Positions 10,791-19,301 of a stretch of DNA of 64,000 nt are shown here, one piece after another; within the stretch, counting starts at the first letter, position 1, and the number at the start of each line of letters is the position of its first letter. Where the stretch lies: NCBI GenBank assembly GCA_963678415.1, contig OY782833.1, positions 818,648 through 882,647 on the forward strand, written 5' to 3'. A program made the translations under genes and the position numbers. The DNA comes from Sphaerochaetaceae bacterium (GTDB taxonomy: Bacteria; Spirochaetota; Spirochaetia; Sphaerochaetales; Sphaerochaetaceae). Below the pieces are notes generated by a model, which saw only the letters and a program-made list of their open reading frames with translations, did not search any database and was not told where the DNA came from.

Positions 10791-11603
10791 ATGGATAAAA
10801 ACACTTTATGTAAAGAGAATTTAGACAAACTTTTCAATGAAATACTTCAATGTGCAAATTATGCTAAAGAAATGCAAAAAAATATAACCCGCCACTATAA
10901 AAAAGATGGATCAGTATTAACCAAAGCTGATACAGATATTTCCAATAGAATAATAAATACAATTACTGATTTATTCCCAAATTGTAATATCATAAGCGAA
11001 GAAAATTTAACTGATTTTGATAAGAGTGCACCATATACTTTTATCCTTGATCCAATTGATGGTACTGATGTTTACTCCCAAGGATTTCCTTCCTTTGCTA
11101 TATCTTTAGGTATTATAGATGATAAAAGAATTCCTGTTGGAGCTATGATTGTAGCCCCTCGATTTGGAATTGGAAAAGAAAGCTTAGAAGTCAGACTTGA
11201 TCCTGGAAAAGACTTATATATTGATGGAGAAAAAATAGATTCTTTTGTAAATAAAGATATTCCAAAGCAATTGACTATGAGTTCAAAATTACAAAGAATT
11301 CTTAATTTTAAAAATTTTAATGGAAAAGTTAGAACTTTTGGATCTACTATTATACAAATTTTAGCTCCAGTAGTTTTTTCTAGTATTGATGGATGTGTTA
11401 ACCAAAAGGCTTATGTTTGGGATATAGTATCTTCTCATGCCGTTTTAAGAAAACTTGGACTTAATGTTGTATATCCAAATAAAAAAGAATTAACATATAC
11501 TGATGATTTATTAATTAATAGAAATCTAACCGAAAATATTATTTATTGTGGTAGTAAAAAATGTATAGATGACATGCTTGATTTACTACCACTTGAAGAT
11601 TAG
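10791..11603 (+). CDS. Inositol monophosphatase-family phosphatase
   Basis: LDPIDGTD metal-binding motif and downstream WD motif (VWDIVSSHAVL). Confidence 0.7.
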   Translation: MDKNTLCKENLDKLFNEILQCANYAKEMQKNITRHYKKDGSVLTKADTDISNRIINTITDLFPNCNIISEENLTDFDKSAPYTFILDPIDGTDVYSQGFPSFAISLGIIDDKRIPVGAMIVAPRFGIGKESLEVRLDPGKDLYIDGEKIDSFVNKDIPKQLTMSSKLQRILNFKNFNGKVRTFGSTIIQILAPVVFSSIDGCVNQKAYVWDIVSSHAVLRKLGLNVVYPNKKELTYTDDLLINRNLTENIIYCGSKKCIDDMLDLLPLED

Positions 11604-12295
11604 TTTAAACTATCTTTGATTTTACCTTCATCAAACCACTTTTTAGCGATATAAATAAATGGTGTATCTAGAATAGCTACAATCCACTTTAACAAATAAG
11701 TTGATAGTATAATTTGTAATAATACATTCATTTCAAATACACCATAAAACGCTATTAAAGTAAAAATAATAGAGTCAATTAGTTGTGATACAAAAGTTGA
11801 TGCATTATTCCTTAACCAAATCATTTTTGTTGAAGGGAATTTTCTTTTCCAAAATTCATAGGCAATAATATCATGATGGTTGCTTATAAAATATGCGATT
11901 AAAGAAGCAATCATGATTCTAGGCATTACAGAGAAGACTGTAACTAATGAATCTTGAACAAAGTCAGATGCCGCTGGGTTAAACATAATAGCGAGTTGCA
12001 TTAAAAGAGTCATTGAAATTAAAGAAAAGAATCCAATCCCAATAGCTTTTTTACTAGCTTCTTTTGAAAAACATTCACTTAAAATATCTGTTACTAAAAA
12101 TCCTGAAGCATAAACAATATTACCTAAAGTAGCTTCTAGGCCAAATAAATTGACAGTCTTTGTAACTTGAATATTAGCGACAATAACGGAAATTGGGACC
12201 CATAGATATAAACCTAATCTACCCCAAATACGATAAGCAATTAAAATTGCTCCAAAGTTTATTACGAGCATAATAACCCATAATAGTTCGTTCAT
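11600..12295 (-). CDS. YhhQ/DUF165-family membrane protein (queuosine-precursor transporter family)
   Basis: 231-aa polytopic membrane protein with typical DUF165 size and pattern (VPISVIVANIQVTKTV..., ...SQLIDSIIF...). GAGGTA SD. Confidence 0.65.
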   Translation of the reverse strand: MNELLWVIMLVINFGAILIAYRIWGRLGLYLWVPISVIVANIQVTKTVNLFGLEATLGNIVYASGFLVTDILSECFSKEASKKAIGIGFFSLISMTLLMQLAIMFNPAASDFVQDSLVTVFSVMPRIMIASLIAYFISNHHDIIAYEFWKRKFPSTKMIWLRNNASTFVSQLIDSIIFTLIAFYGVFEMNVLLQIILSTYLLKWIVAILDTPFIYIAKKWFDEGKIKDSLN

Positions 12296-12400
12296 AAAAA
12301 TACCTCACTTAGATAGAATAGCCAAGAGCAACGCTCTCCTACGCCGAGAAAAAACATCCGGTCCAAGCGCACAAAAATGTGCTTTGATGAATATAACATA
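12296..12400 (-). promoter_or_regulatory. GC-enriched structured 5' leader of the yhhQ-like gene (candidate riboswitch)
   Basis: On the minus strand: GCAC-ATTTTT-GTGC hairpin, GGAGAGC-GTT-GCTCTT hairpin, and a repeated CTTGG. Local G+C is far above the intergenic background. Confidence 0.3.
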
Positions 12401-12401
12401 A

Positions 12402-12427
12402 TTAGCCCCTCAATTAATAGGGGCTAA
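12402..12427. terminator. Hairpin terminator downstream of the ldhA-like gene
   Basis: TTAGCCCCT-8nt-AGGGGCTAA with U-rich flanks on both strands. Confidence 0.6.
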
Positions 12428-12438
12428 TAAAATATTTT

Positions 12439-13413
12439 TTAAACTAAATTTACTAATTTTTCACCTTTTTCATAACTTACAATATTATCGATAGTTGTTT
12501 TTGCAATATTTTGCAAAGCTTCTTCAGTTAAAAAAGCTTGGTGACTTGTTACAATAACATTTGGCATTGAAATCAATAACATCAAAGTATCATCATCTAA
12601 AACATTTTCACTTTGATCTTCAAAGAACAAACCAGCTTCTTCTTCATATACATCTAATGCAGCAGATCCGATTTTCTTTGCTCTAATGCCATTTAATAAA
12701 GCTTGAGCGTCAACTAACGCTCCACGAGAGGTATTTATTATTACAACACCATCCTTCATCAAATCAATCGTATTTTTGTTTACCATGTGCTTTGTATCTT
12801 TTGTTAAAGGACAATGAAAACTAATAATATCAGCTTTTCTACAGAGAGTTTCAAAATCTACATATTCAACATCAACATCTTTATTTGGATATGGATCATA
12901 GGCAATTACATTCATATTAAAACCTTTACAAATATCAATAAAAACTCTACCTATTTTACCAGTACCTACAACACCAATTGTTTTATTATATAAATCAAAG
13001 CCTACTAATCCATTTAAAGAAAAATTAAATTCTCTTGTTCTAACATAACTGTGATGAACTTTTCTAACAGTAGCTAAAAGCAAAGCCATAGCATGCTCAG
13101 CAACTGCATATGGAGAGTAATTAGGAACTCTAACTACCTTTAACCCACTTTCATTAGCACTCTTTAAATCAACATTATTATATCCAGCAGATCTCATAGC
13201 TAAAAGTTTAACACCAAGATCCACCATTCCTTTTATAACTCTTGAATTGATATCATCATTTACAAAAGCTACTACTACTTCAAAACCTTTTACAAGAAAA
13301 TAGTTATTCGAATTTAACCTTGTCTCAAAATAAACTATTTCATCTTCTTCTCTTTTGAAATGGTCAAACCATTTCTTATCATATTTTTTAGTATCAAAAA
13401 ATGCAATTTTCAT
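12439..13413 (-). CDS. ldhA: D-isomer-specific 2-hydroxyacid (D-lactate) dehydrogenase
   Basis: MKIAFFDTKKYDK... N-terminus and GVVGTGKIG NAD-binding motif. Start at 13413 is preceded by a TAAGGAG SD, whereas the longer track start at 13455 has none. Confidence 0.8.
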   Translation of the reverse strand: MKIAFFDTKKYDKKWFDHFKREEDEIVYFETRLNSNNYFLVKGFEVVVAFVNDDINSRVIKGMVDLGVKLLAMRSAGYNNVDLKSANESGLKVVRVPNYSPYAVAEHAMALLLATVRKVHHSYVRTREFNFSLNGLVGFDLYNKTIGVVGTGKIGRVFIDICKGFNMNVIAYDPYPNKDVDVEYVDFETLCRKADIISFHCPLTKDTKHMVNKNTIDLMKDGVVIINTSRGALVDAQALLNGIRAKKIGSAALDVYEEEAGLFFEDQSENVLDDDTLMLLISMPNVIVTSHQAFLTEEALQNIAKTTIDNIVSYEKGEKLVNLV

Positions 13414-13551
13414 AAGCTTAATCTCCTTAGTCAAATTGTTAACTTGCATTAACATTTTATTTTATTTAATGAACAATAGCAATAAAATTAAGTACTAAAT
13501 AATAAAAAATGTTTTAAAAAATAAAAAAACAAACTATTTTTTAAAAAGTGG

Positions 13552-13580
13552 TTGACTATATTTTTAATCTGATTTAAATT
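13552..13580 (+). promoter_or_regulatory. Candidate promoter for tRNA-Tyr
   Basis: TTGACT (13552-13557), 17-nt spacer, TAAATT (13575-13580), about 20 nt before the tRNA 5' end. Confidence 0.45.
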
Positions 13581-13600
13581 CCTACATGTGTTTGACACAT

Positions 13601-13682
13601 GGGGAGGTTCCCGAGCGGTCAAAGGGGGCAGACTGTAAATCTGTTGGCTCCGCCTTCGAAGGTTCGAATCCTTCTCTCCCCA
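13601..13682 (+). tRNA. tRNA-Tyr (anticodon GTA), long variable arm, CCA not encoded
   Basis: GGGGAGG acceptor pairs with TCTCCCC. Anticodon loop CTGTAAA and T-arm GAAGGTTCGAATCCTTC. Near-identical in layout to bacterial class II tRNA-Tyr. Confidence 0.9.
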
Positions 13683-13685
13683 CTT

Positions 13686-13716
13686 ACTTCTTTCTATTTG
13701 AAAGAAGTTTTTTTTT
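13686..13716 (+). terminator. Rho-independent terminator after tRNA-Tyr
   Basis: ACTTCTTTC-TATTT-GAAAGAAGT followed by a T9 run. Confidence 0.7.
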
Positions 13717-13780
13717 GCCTTTTTACTTGTCTTTTTTTTTATCTATTATATTCTTTATATATAAGAGATAGGAGGAAAAT

Positions 13781-14239
13781 ATGGCTTATTTAGAAATTGG
13801 AAAAGATGCTATTGATTTCGAGTTACCAAACAAAGCTGGTAAAAACATAAAATTAAGTGATTACAAAGGTAAAAAAATAATTCTTTATTTTTATCCTAAA
13901 GACAATACAAAAGGTTGTACTTTAGAAGCTTTAGACTTTAAAGCTAATCTAGGGGCCTTTGAAGAAAAAAATGCCATAGTCCTTGGAATTAGCAAAGACA
14001 GTGTAAAATCACATTGTAATTTTAGTGATAAGTATGAATTAAATTTTGAAATTCTAAGTGATGAAAATGCTGAAGTAATTGAAAAATATGGAGTTTGGCA
14101 ATTAAAGAAAAACTATGGTAGAGAATATTATGGAATTGTAAGAACTACATATATTATTGATGAAAATTTTAAAATCAAAAATGCAATTCAGGTAAAAAAA
14201 GTTGCTAATCATGTACAAGCTGTTTTAGATCAAATATAA
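13781..14239 (+). CDS. bcp: Peroxiredoxin (Bcp type)
   Basis: YFYPKDNTKGCT peroxidatic-Cys motif. 152 aa. GGAGG SD. Confidence 0.85.
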   Translation: MAYLEIGKDAIDFELPNKAGKNIKLSDYKGKKIILYFYPKDNTKGCTLEALDFKANLGAFEEKNAIVLGISKDSVKSHCNFSDKYELNFEILSDENAEVIEKYGVWQLKKNYGREYYGIVRTTYIIDENFKIKNAIQVKKVANHVQAVLDQI

Positions 14240-14351
14240 TCAAATTTTATGATTTAGACTTAAAATTAAATGTTTGTTTTGATTTTTTTTAAAAAACTAC
14301 ACTTTTTAGCCTTAAAAACGTGATTTTAATGCTTTTTTTGCGTATTTTTGT

Positions 14352-14379
14352 TTGCTTTTTAAAATTTGTGTGATAGAAT
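14352..14379 (+). promoter_or_regulatory. Candidate extended -10 promoter
   Basis: TTGCTT, 16-nt spacer, TGATAGAAT (TGn + TAGAAT). Confidence 0.4.
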
Positions 14380-14407
14380 TTTCATATATATTAAATGGAG
14401 GCTCTTA

Positions 14408-14590
14408 ATGACTACACATGAACAATTGTTAAAGTTTTTCGAAGATTACCAAGCAGAAAATGCTAAATTTACAGAAAAAGGCGTAAAAGTTTCTGCAGCT
14501 CGTGCTCGTAAAGCACTTTCAGAAATTTCTAATCTCTGCAAATTACGCAGAAAAGAAATTATGGAAGAAAAAACTGAGATGGCAAAATAG
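14408..14590 (+). CDS. Hc1-like (histone H1-like) small DNA-binding protein
   Basis: ATG at 14408 follows a GGAGG SD. FTEKGVKVSAARARKALSEISNLCKLRRKEI aligns by eye with the EKGNKAAAxRxR...RKE core of the Hc1 N-terminal domain. Confidence 0.6.
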   Translation: MTTHEQLLKFFEDYQAENAKFTEKGVKVSAARARKALSEISNLCKLRRKEIMEEKTEMAK

Positions 14591-14618
14591 CCTGATCTGA
14601 ATTACATTATAATTGTAG

Positions 14619-14654
14619 AAAATCCCACTAGATTTATCTCGTGGGATTTTTATT
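14619..14654. terminator. Bidirectional terminator between convergent genes
   Basis: AAAATCCCAC-12nt-GTGGGATTTT with T-rich tails on both strands. Confidence 0.6.
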
Positions 14655-14666
14655 GTATTTTATTAA

Positions 14667-15137
14667 TTATTTATTTACATTAATTATTTCAACATCATTA
14701 AATTTATATTTTTCACAAACATCTTCTACAAAAGTATCTCTAACACAAATAATTAAATCTTTATTTATTTTTATTAAATCTTTAATCAAAGCATCATACC
14801 CAGATCCAGATAATTCTAAAGCGCCAATTTCATCTAATACTACAATAAAATCTTCTTCTTTAATTTTTTCAATTTGATCTAATAATACTTTTCTAGATTC
14901 TTCAAAAGAATTAGGTATTATATAATATCTCCCTATTCTCTCAGAATTTATAATTTCGTCAGTTTGTAATATATCAATTTTTTTATTATCCAATAAATTT
15001 CTTAGATATAATTTCTTTTTATTATCAGAATTTTCGCATATATATCCCAAAAATTTATTTTCACTAGAAGAGAGTAATCTTTTTAATGTAGTAGTTTTTG
15101 AAGAATTTCTTGCCCCACTAATTATTATTACTTTCAT
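14667..15137 (-). CDS. Small P-loop NTPase (THEP1/NTPase_1- or DUF2478-like)
   Basis: N-terminal GARNSSKT (variant Walker A) and VVLDEIGALEL (Walker B-like DEIG.(M/L)E). 156 aa. Confidence 0.55.
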   Translation of the reverse strand: MKVIIISGARNSSKTTTLKRLLSSSENKFLGYICENSDNKKKLYLRNLLDNKKIDILQTDEIINSERIGRYYIIPNSFEESRKVLLDQIEKIKEEDFIVVLDEIGALELSGSGYDALIKDLIKINKDLIICVRDTFVEDVCEKYKFNDVEIINVNK

Positions 15138-15141
15138 AAGG

Positions 15142-15732
15142 TTAGCTTAAAAAGGATTGAAGTTCATCGAAGGCTTTCATAGAGTCTTCTCTTTTTATAA
15201 CAAAGGTTAATTCATTTTTAGTTGAAACAATCTCTATTACATTAATTTTTTCCCAAGCTAATTTTCTTACAGCTTCATATACAATTCCAGGAGTTTGCAA
15301 AAAATCACCAGAAAAGACTAAAGATAAAGCAACTAAATCATCCATTTTATGAAGTATTTCTTCATCCTTAGCTAATTGCTCTAATAATTCACTATACTTT
15401 TCACTAATTGCAACAGATATCTCATGGCTACCTAAGGCAACATTTAAAAAATCACCTTTTTCCGTTGAAACTTCATTATATAATTGAGCTAATTTTGCTA
15501 AAAATTTATCATTTCTAACAATATTTAAATCATAAATCTTTGTTTTCATTATGATTTCATAATCAACATTTGATTTATTTTCATTTTTCTCTCTTATTCT
15601 TAATTCGTCCCCATATCTTCTAATTGCCATTACTATAGCGCTATGTTTAACGGGTTTCCCGTATTTATTTTCAACATCTTTCTTGATTGAAGATGCATAA
15701 TTGCTATATGATAAAATTCCTTTTACCAACAT
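15142..15732 (-). CDS. ACT-domain protein, uncharacterised. The 5' end appears frameshifted.
   Basis: The C-terminal half has two ACT-like beta-alpha-beta-beta-alpha-beta segments (LNVALGSHEISVAIS..., VIEIVSTKNELTFVIKRED). There is no SD before the ATG at 15732. Confidence 0.5.
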   Translation of the reverse strand: MLVKGILSYSNYASSIKKDVENKYGKPVKHSAIVMAIRRYGDELRIREKNENKSNVDYEIIMKTKIYDLNIVRNDKFLAKLAQLYNEVSTEKGDFLNVALGSHEISVAISEKYSELLEQLAKDEEILHKMDDLVALSLVFSGDFLQTPGIVYEAVRKLAWEKINVIEIVSTKNELTFVIKREDSMKAFDELQSFLS

Positions 15733-15794
15733 TTCATTATAAAAGGGGTCTTATCTATAATATTTTTAACACAACTACTAACTGACTCTGCCAT
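15723..15794 (-). CDS. 23-codon ORF with strong SD, likely the displaced N-terminus of the ACT-domain gene
   Basis: AGGAGGACAT-ATG. The translation MAESVSSCVKNIIDKTPFIMKCW* stops inside the first codons of the 15732 ORF in another frame. Confidence 0.4.
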   Translation of the reverse strand: MAESVSSCVKNIIDKTPFIMKCW

Positions 15795-15907
15795 ATGTCC
15801 TCCTAGCTATGTTAATATAATCACATAATGTAACAAATTACAACACTTTTATTGTTAATAACACAGAAAACTATTACTTTTTTACATAAATAATATTCTT
15901 TATTTAA

Positions 15908-15936
15908 TTGACAAATTACTAAATGATAATTATTCT
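15908..15936 (+). promoter_or_regulatory. Candidate promoter for nfo
   Basis: TTGACA (15908-15913), 17-nt spacer, TATTCT. Confidence 0.3.
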
Positions 15937-15959
15937 TAATAAGCACAAGGAAATTAACT

Positions 15960-16799
15960 ATGAAAACAATAATTGGCCCACATTTAAGTAGTTCTAAAGG
16001 CTTTAAAAATATAATAAAAGAAGCAAATAAAATTGATGCAAATACTTTTCAATTTTTTACAAGAAACCCTAGAGGTACAAAAGCAAAAGCTTTAGATTAT
16101 GATGATATAAATTCATTCAAAGAAAAATGGAAAGAATTAGGAAATAATAAATTTGTTGCTCACGCACCTTATACTTATAATCTTTGCTCTAAGGATGAGA
16201 AATTAAGAGATCTTGCTTATAGATTAATGGATGATGATATTAAACGATTAGACATTATTGAATGTCCTTATTATAACTTTCATCCTGGTAGTCATACTGG
16301 ACAAGGCTTTGATATAGCAATTGAACAAATTTCTAGTTCAATTAATAAATTATTAAACAACAATCCTGATTCAAAAGTTCAATTACTTCTTGAAACAATG
16401 GCAGGAAAAGGTACTGAAGTTGGAAGGAATTTTGATCAACTTAAAAAAATTAGAGACAATATCACAGATAAAAATCGAGTTGGTATTTTATTAGATACTT
16501 GCCATGTTTTTGATGGAGGATACGATATAAAAGACAATTTAGATAAAGTACTCGATGAATTTGATAGAATTCTTGGCCTCTCAAACTTAAAAATAATTCA
16601 CCTAAATGATTCCTTAAACATACTGAATTCACATAAAGATAGACATGCAAAATTAGGTGCTGGAAATATCGGCCTTGAAGCTATTGAAAAAATAGTAACC
16701 CACCCTATTTTAAAAAATCTTCCTTTTATTTTAGAAACTCCAAATGATTTAGATGGATATAAAATGGAAATAGAAACTATTAGAGACCTAACTAAATAA
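15960..16799 (+). CDS. nfo: Endonuclease IV (AP endonuclease family 2)
   Basis: 279 aa. HAPY..NL, FHPGS, LLETMAG and HLNDS metal-ligand motifs. Confidence 0.85.
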   Translation: MKTIIGPHLSSSKGFKNIIKEANKIDANTFQFFTRNPRGTKAKALDYDDINSFKEKWKELGNNKFVAHAPYTYNLCSKDEKLRDLAYRLMDDDIKRLDIIECPYYNFHPGSHTGQGFDIAIEQISSSINKLLNNNPDSKVQLLLETMAGKGTEVGRNFDQLKKIRDNITDKNRVGILLDTCHVFDGGYDIKDNLDKVLDEFDRILGLSNLKIIHLNDSLNILNSHKDRHAKLGAGNIGLEAIEKIVTHPILKNLPFILETPNDLDGYKMEIETIRDLTK

Positions 16800-16923
16800 C
16801 AACAAAATAACACATTTAGTGCTTTTTCGTAACTTAATTACTGAATTAATGCATTTCATAACACTAGAAACATTTATTTAAAAACGATATAATTTATTTA
16901 AAAACTAATATTAAGGTTGAATT

Positions 16924-17391
16924 ATGAGATGTCCAAACTGTTCTTGTGATAATGATAAAGTAATTGAATCTAGATCAAACCAATATGGCACTTCTATTAG
17001 AAGAAGAAGAGAATGCTTAAGTTGTGGGTATAGATTTACTAGTTATGAAAAAATTGAAGAAAAAAGAATAACCGTAATTAAAAAAGATGGTAGAGAAGAA
17101 GCTTTTGATTTAAAAAAAATTGAAAGAGGTATTGAAAGCTGTACTGATAAGTTAAACATTGATCAGGATGTTATAAAACAGGTTTTAGAAAATATTGAGC
17201 AAAATATAAGACGCCAGGCCGGCTCTAAAAGAGAAATCCATTCTTATCAAATTGGTGAAGAAACTTTAAAACAACTATCTACTGTAAACACTGTTGCATA
17301 TGTAAGATTCGCATCAGTTTACAGAGCTTATGAAGATATTGAACAATTTATACAAGAAATTGAAAGATTAAATAAAAAAGTTAAAAAATAA
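16924..17391 (+). CDS. nrdR: Transcriptional repressor NrdR
   Basis: MRCPNC...CLSCGYRFT zinc ribbon followed by an ATP-cone. Confidence 0.9.
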   Translation: MRCPNCSCDNDKVIESRSNQYGTSIRRRRECLSCGYRFTSYEKIEEKRITVIKKDGREEAFDLKKIERGIESCTDKLNIDQDVIKQVLENIEQNIRRQAGSKREIHSYQIGEETLKQLSTVNTVAYVRFASVYRAYEDIEQFIQEIERLNKKVKK

Positions 17392-17475
17392 TTAAATCAA
17401 AATTCAATACCAATTGGAAATAATATTATTTTATAGTAGTATAGTCTTCAAATTTAAATTTGGAGAGGGAAAACT

Positions 17476-17997
17476 ATGATTAAGCTAGCTACAATTGAGG
17501 ACCTTATAGAAATCGGAAAAATTTATGATGAAATTTTAACTCACGAAGAAGAAAACATTTCTTATACCAATTGGCAAAAAGGACTTTATCCAACACTTGA
17601 ATATGCAAAAAAAGCTATAGAAGAGAAAACTATGTTCGTTGGGATAAATTCTGATGGCTTAATGTATGGTTCTGTAATTCTTAATAACATTCAACCAAAA
17701 GAATATAACAATATCGATTGGATTGAAAAATTTGAGGCAAATGAAATAATGGTGATACACACTTTATGCATACGCCCATCTCAAAGTGGACAAGGTCACG
17801 CAAAAAAAATGGTTAAATTTAGTGAAGACTTTGCAAAAGAAAAAGGTTATAAAGTAATTCATCTTGATACCTATGAAGGCAATTTTCCAGCTGCAGCTTT
17901 ATACCCTAAAATGGGATATCTCTATTCAGGTAAAACAAAATTTCATTTTCAAGAAAAAATATGGGAAACACTAATTTGTTTTGAAAAAACGCTATAA
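17476..17997 (+). CDS. GNAT-family N-acetyltransferase
   Basis: RPSQSGQGHAKKM acetyl-CoA binding (Q/RxxGxG/A) motif. 173 aa. Confidence 0.7.
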   Translation: MIKLATIEDLIEIGKIYDEILTHEEENISYTNWQKGLYPTLEYAKKAIEEKTMFVGINSDGLMYGSVILNNIQPKEYNNIDWIEKFEANEIMVIHTLCIRPSQSGQGHAKKMVKFSEDFAKEKGYKVIHLDTYEGNFPAAALYPKMGYLYSGKTKFHFQEKIWETLICFEKTL

Positions 17998-18005
17998 GAA
18001 AATAA

Positions 18006-18047
18006 ATAGTATCAAAAATAATTAAAAATTTTTGATACTATTTTTTT
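18006..18047. terminator. Bidirectional terminator
   Basis: ATAGTATCAAAAAT-8nt-ATTTTTGATACTAT followed by a T-run. Confidence 0.6.
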
Positions 18048-18069
18048 ATGCTTTATTAGTTTTTAAATA

Positions 18070-19236
18070 TTATACATCAAACCATTTGCTAATAATATTT
18101 GCCTCTAGTTGTTCATTTAAATGTTCCGGAATTAGAATTTCACTAGCACAATCTAGGGCAAAACTATCACTCATCCCAGCAATATAATCAAAAATCAATC
18201 TATCAGCATTACCTTCTTTTGCAATATATATCGGAAGCATTTCTATGACATGCTTTCCAAATCCTATAGCTAGCATATTTTTCTCTTTTTTATATCCTAA
18301 TTCATCATCATAATATGTATTAAATAACTCTGTTAAATAATCATAAATTAAGTTAATCAATCGGCTAAAATATTTTTTATAGCCATTTAAGATAGGAGAT
18401 TTATATATTTTTTGATAATTATAATCTTTCATCTCTTTTACTACTTCAAATATTTTTTCACTGAATCTAATCCCTTCAATATCACTAGATTCAATTAAAT
18501 CATTTACTAAAGTATCAATAATTTTACTATTTGAATCTCCTAAAATCCTTTTAGGAATTTTAGGCATATCTTCTTTATCAATAATATTTAATCTACAAGC
18601 ATCTTCCCAGTCTCTACCTAAATAAGCAATTGAATCACAAAATCTTACAATTGCTCCTTCATAAGTCGTTGGTAAGAGATCTTTTTTAACTTTTATAGAA
18701 TTCAAATCTTTTATTTCAAAAGTGGGCATTATGCACTCTAAAAAAGATTCCCCACAATGACTTACAATTCCATCTCTAACAGCATAAGTTAAATTCATGC
18801 CCTCACCTTTGTTAGAAAGGAAATCTACAACTCTTAATGAATGAATTTCATGCTCAAATTGGGAAAATCCTTCTTTTAACATTATGTCATTTAATATAAC
18901 TTCTCCAACATGACCAAAGGGAGTATGCCCCAAATCGTGCCCCATACCAATGGCCCAAGCTAATTCTTGATTTAAATTCAAGCCTCTACAAACAGTTGAA
19001 GCTATAGATGCTACATGCAAAACATGTTCTATTCTAGTACAAATATGATCATTATCAGGAGAAAAAAATACTTGTGTTTTATGTTTAAGTCGTCTAAAGG
19101 CAGAAGAATGTATTATAGCTGTAGTATCTCTATAATAAGGTCCTCTTATATCACTGTTTTTTTCTCTCTCTCGCTTTTGTAAAACATCATCACTAATATG
19201 TTCACTTTGGTATTCTCTCAAATTCCTTATGTGCAT
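18070..19236 (-). CDS. dGTPase-like HD-domain triphosphohydrolase
   Basis: FRRLKHKTQVF, HVLHV and GHDLGHTPFGH motifs of the dGTP triphosphohydrolase-like family. Confidence 0.8.
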   Translation of the reverse strand: MHIRNLREYQSEHISDDVLQKREREKNSDIRGPYYRDTTAIIHSSAFRRLKHKTQVFFSPDNDHICTRIEHVLHVASIASTVCRGLNLNQELAWAIGMGHDLGHTPFGHVGEVILNDIMLKEGFSQFEHEIHSLRVVDFLSNKGEGMNLTYAVRDGIVSHCGESFLECIMPTFEIKDLNSIKVKKDLLPTTYEGAIVRFCDSIAYLGRDWEDACRLNIIDKEDMPKIPKRILGDSNSKIIDTLVNDLIESSDIEGIRFSEKIFEVVKEMKDYNYQKIYKSPILNGYKKYFSRLINLIYDYLTELFNTYYDDELGYKKEKNMLAIGFGKHVIEMLPIYIAKEGNADRLIFDYIAGMSDSFALDCASEILIPEHLNEQLEANIISKWFDV

Positions 19237-19301
19237 TCACAAACCCTTCCTTTTATGATATAATAGACTAATTAAGATTTCCATACAGGAGGTATTTAGT
19301 T

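Noticed and set aside
12292-12357. 21-codon upstream ORF (MFFLGVGERCSWLFYLSEVFL*) in the yhhQ-like leader, with its stop overlapping the main ATG
   Set aside because: No SD precedes its ATG and the sequence coincides with the predicted RNA hairpins. It is more likely a by-product of a structured leader than a leader peptide.
13586-13793. Two track ORFs (61 and 64 aa) covering 13586-13793
   Set aside because: They run straight through the tRNA-Tyr gene and its terminator. They have no SD and a low-complexity hydrophobic translation. The tRNA explains the region.
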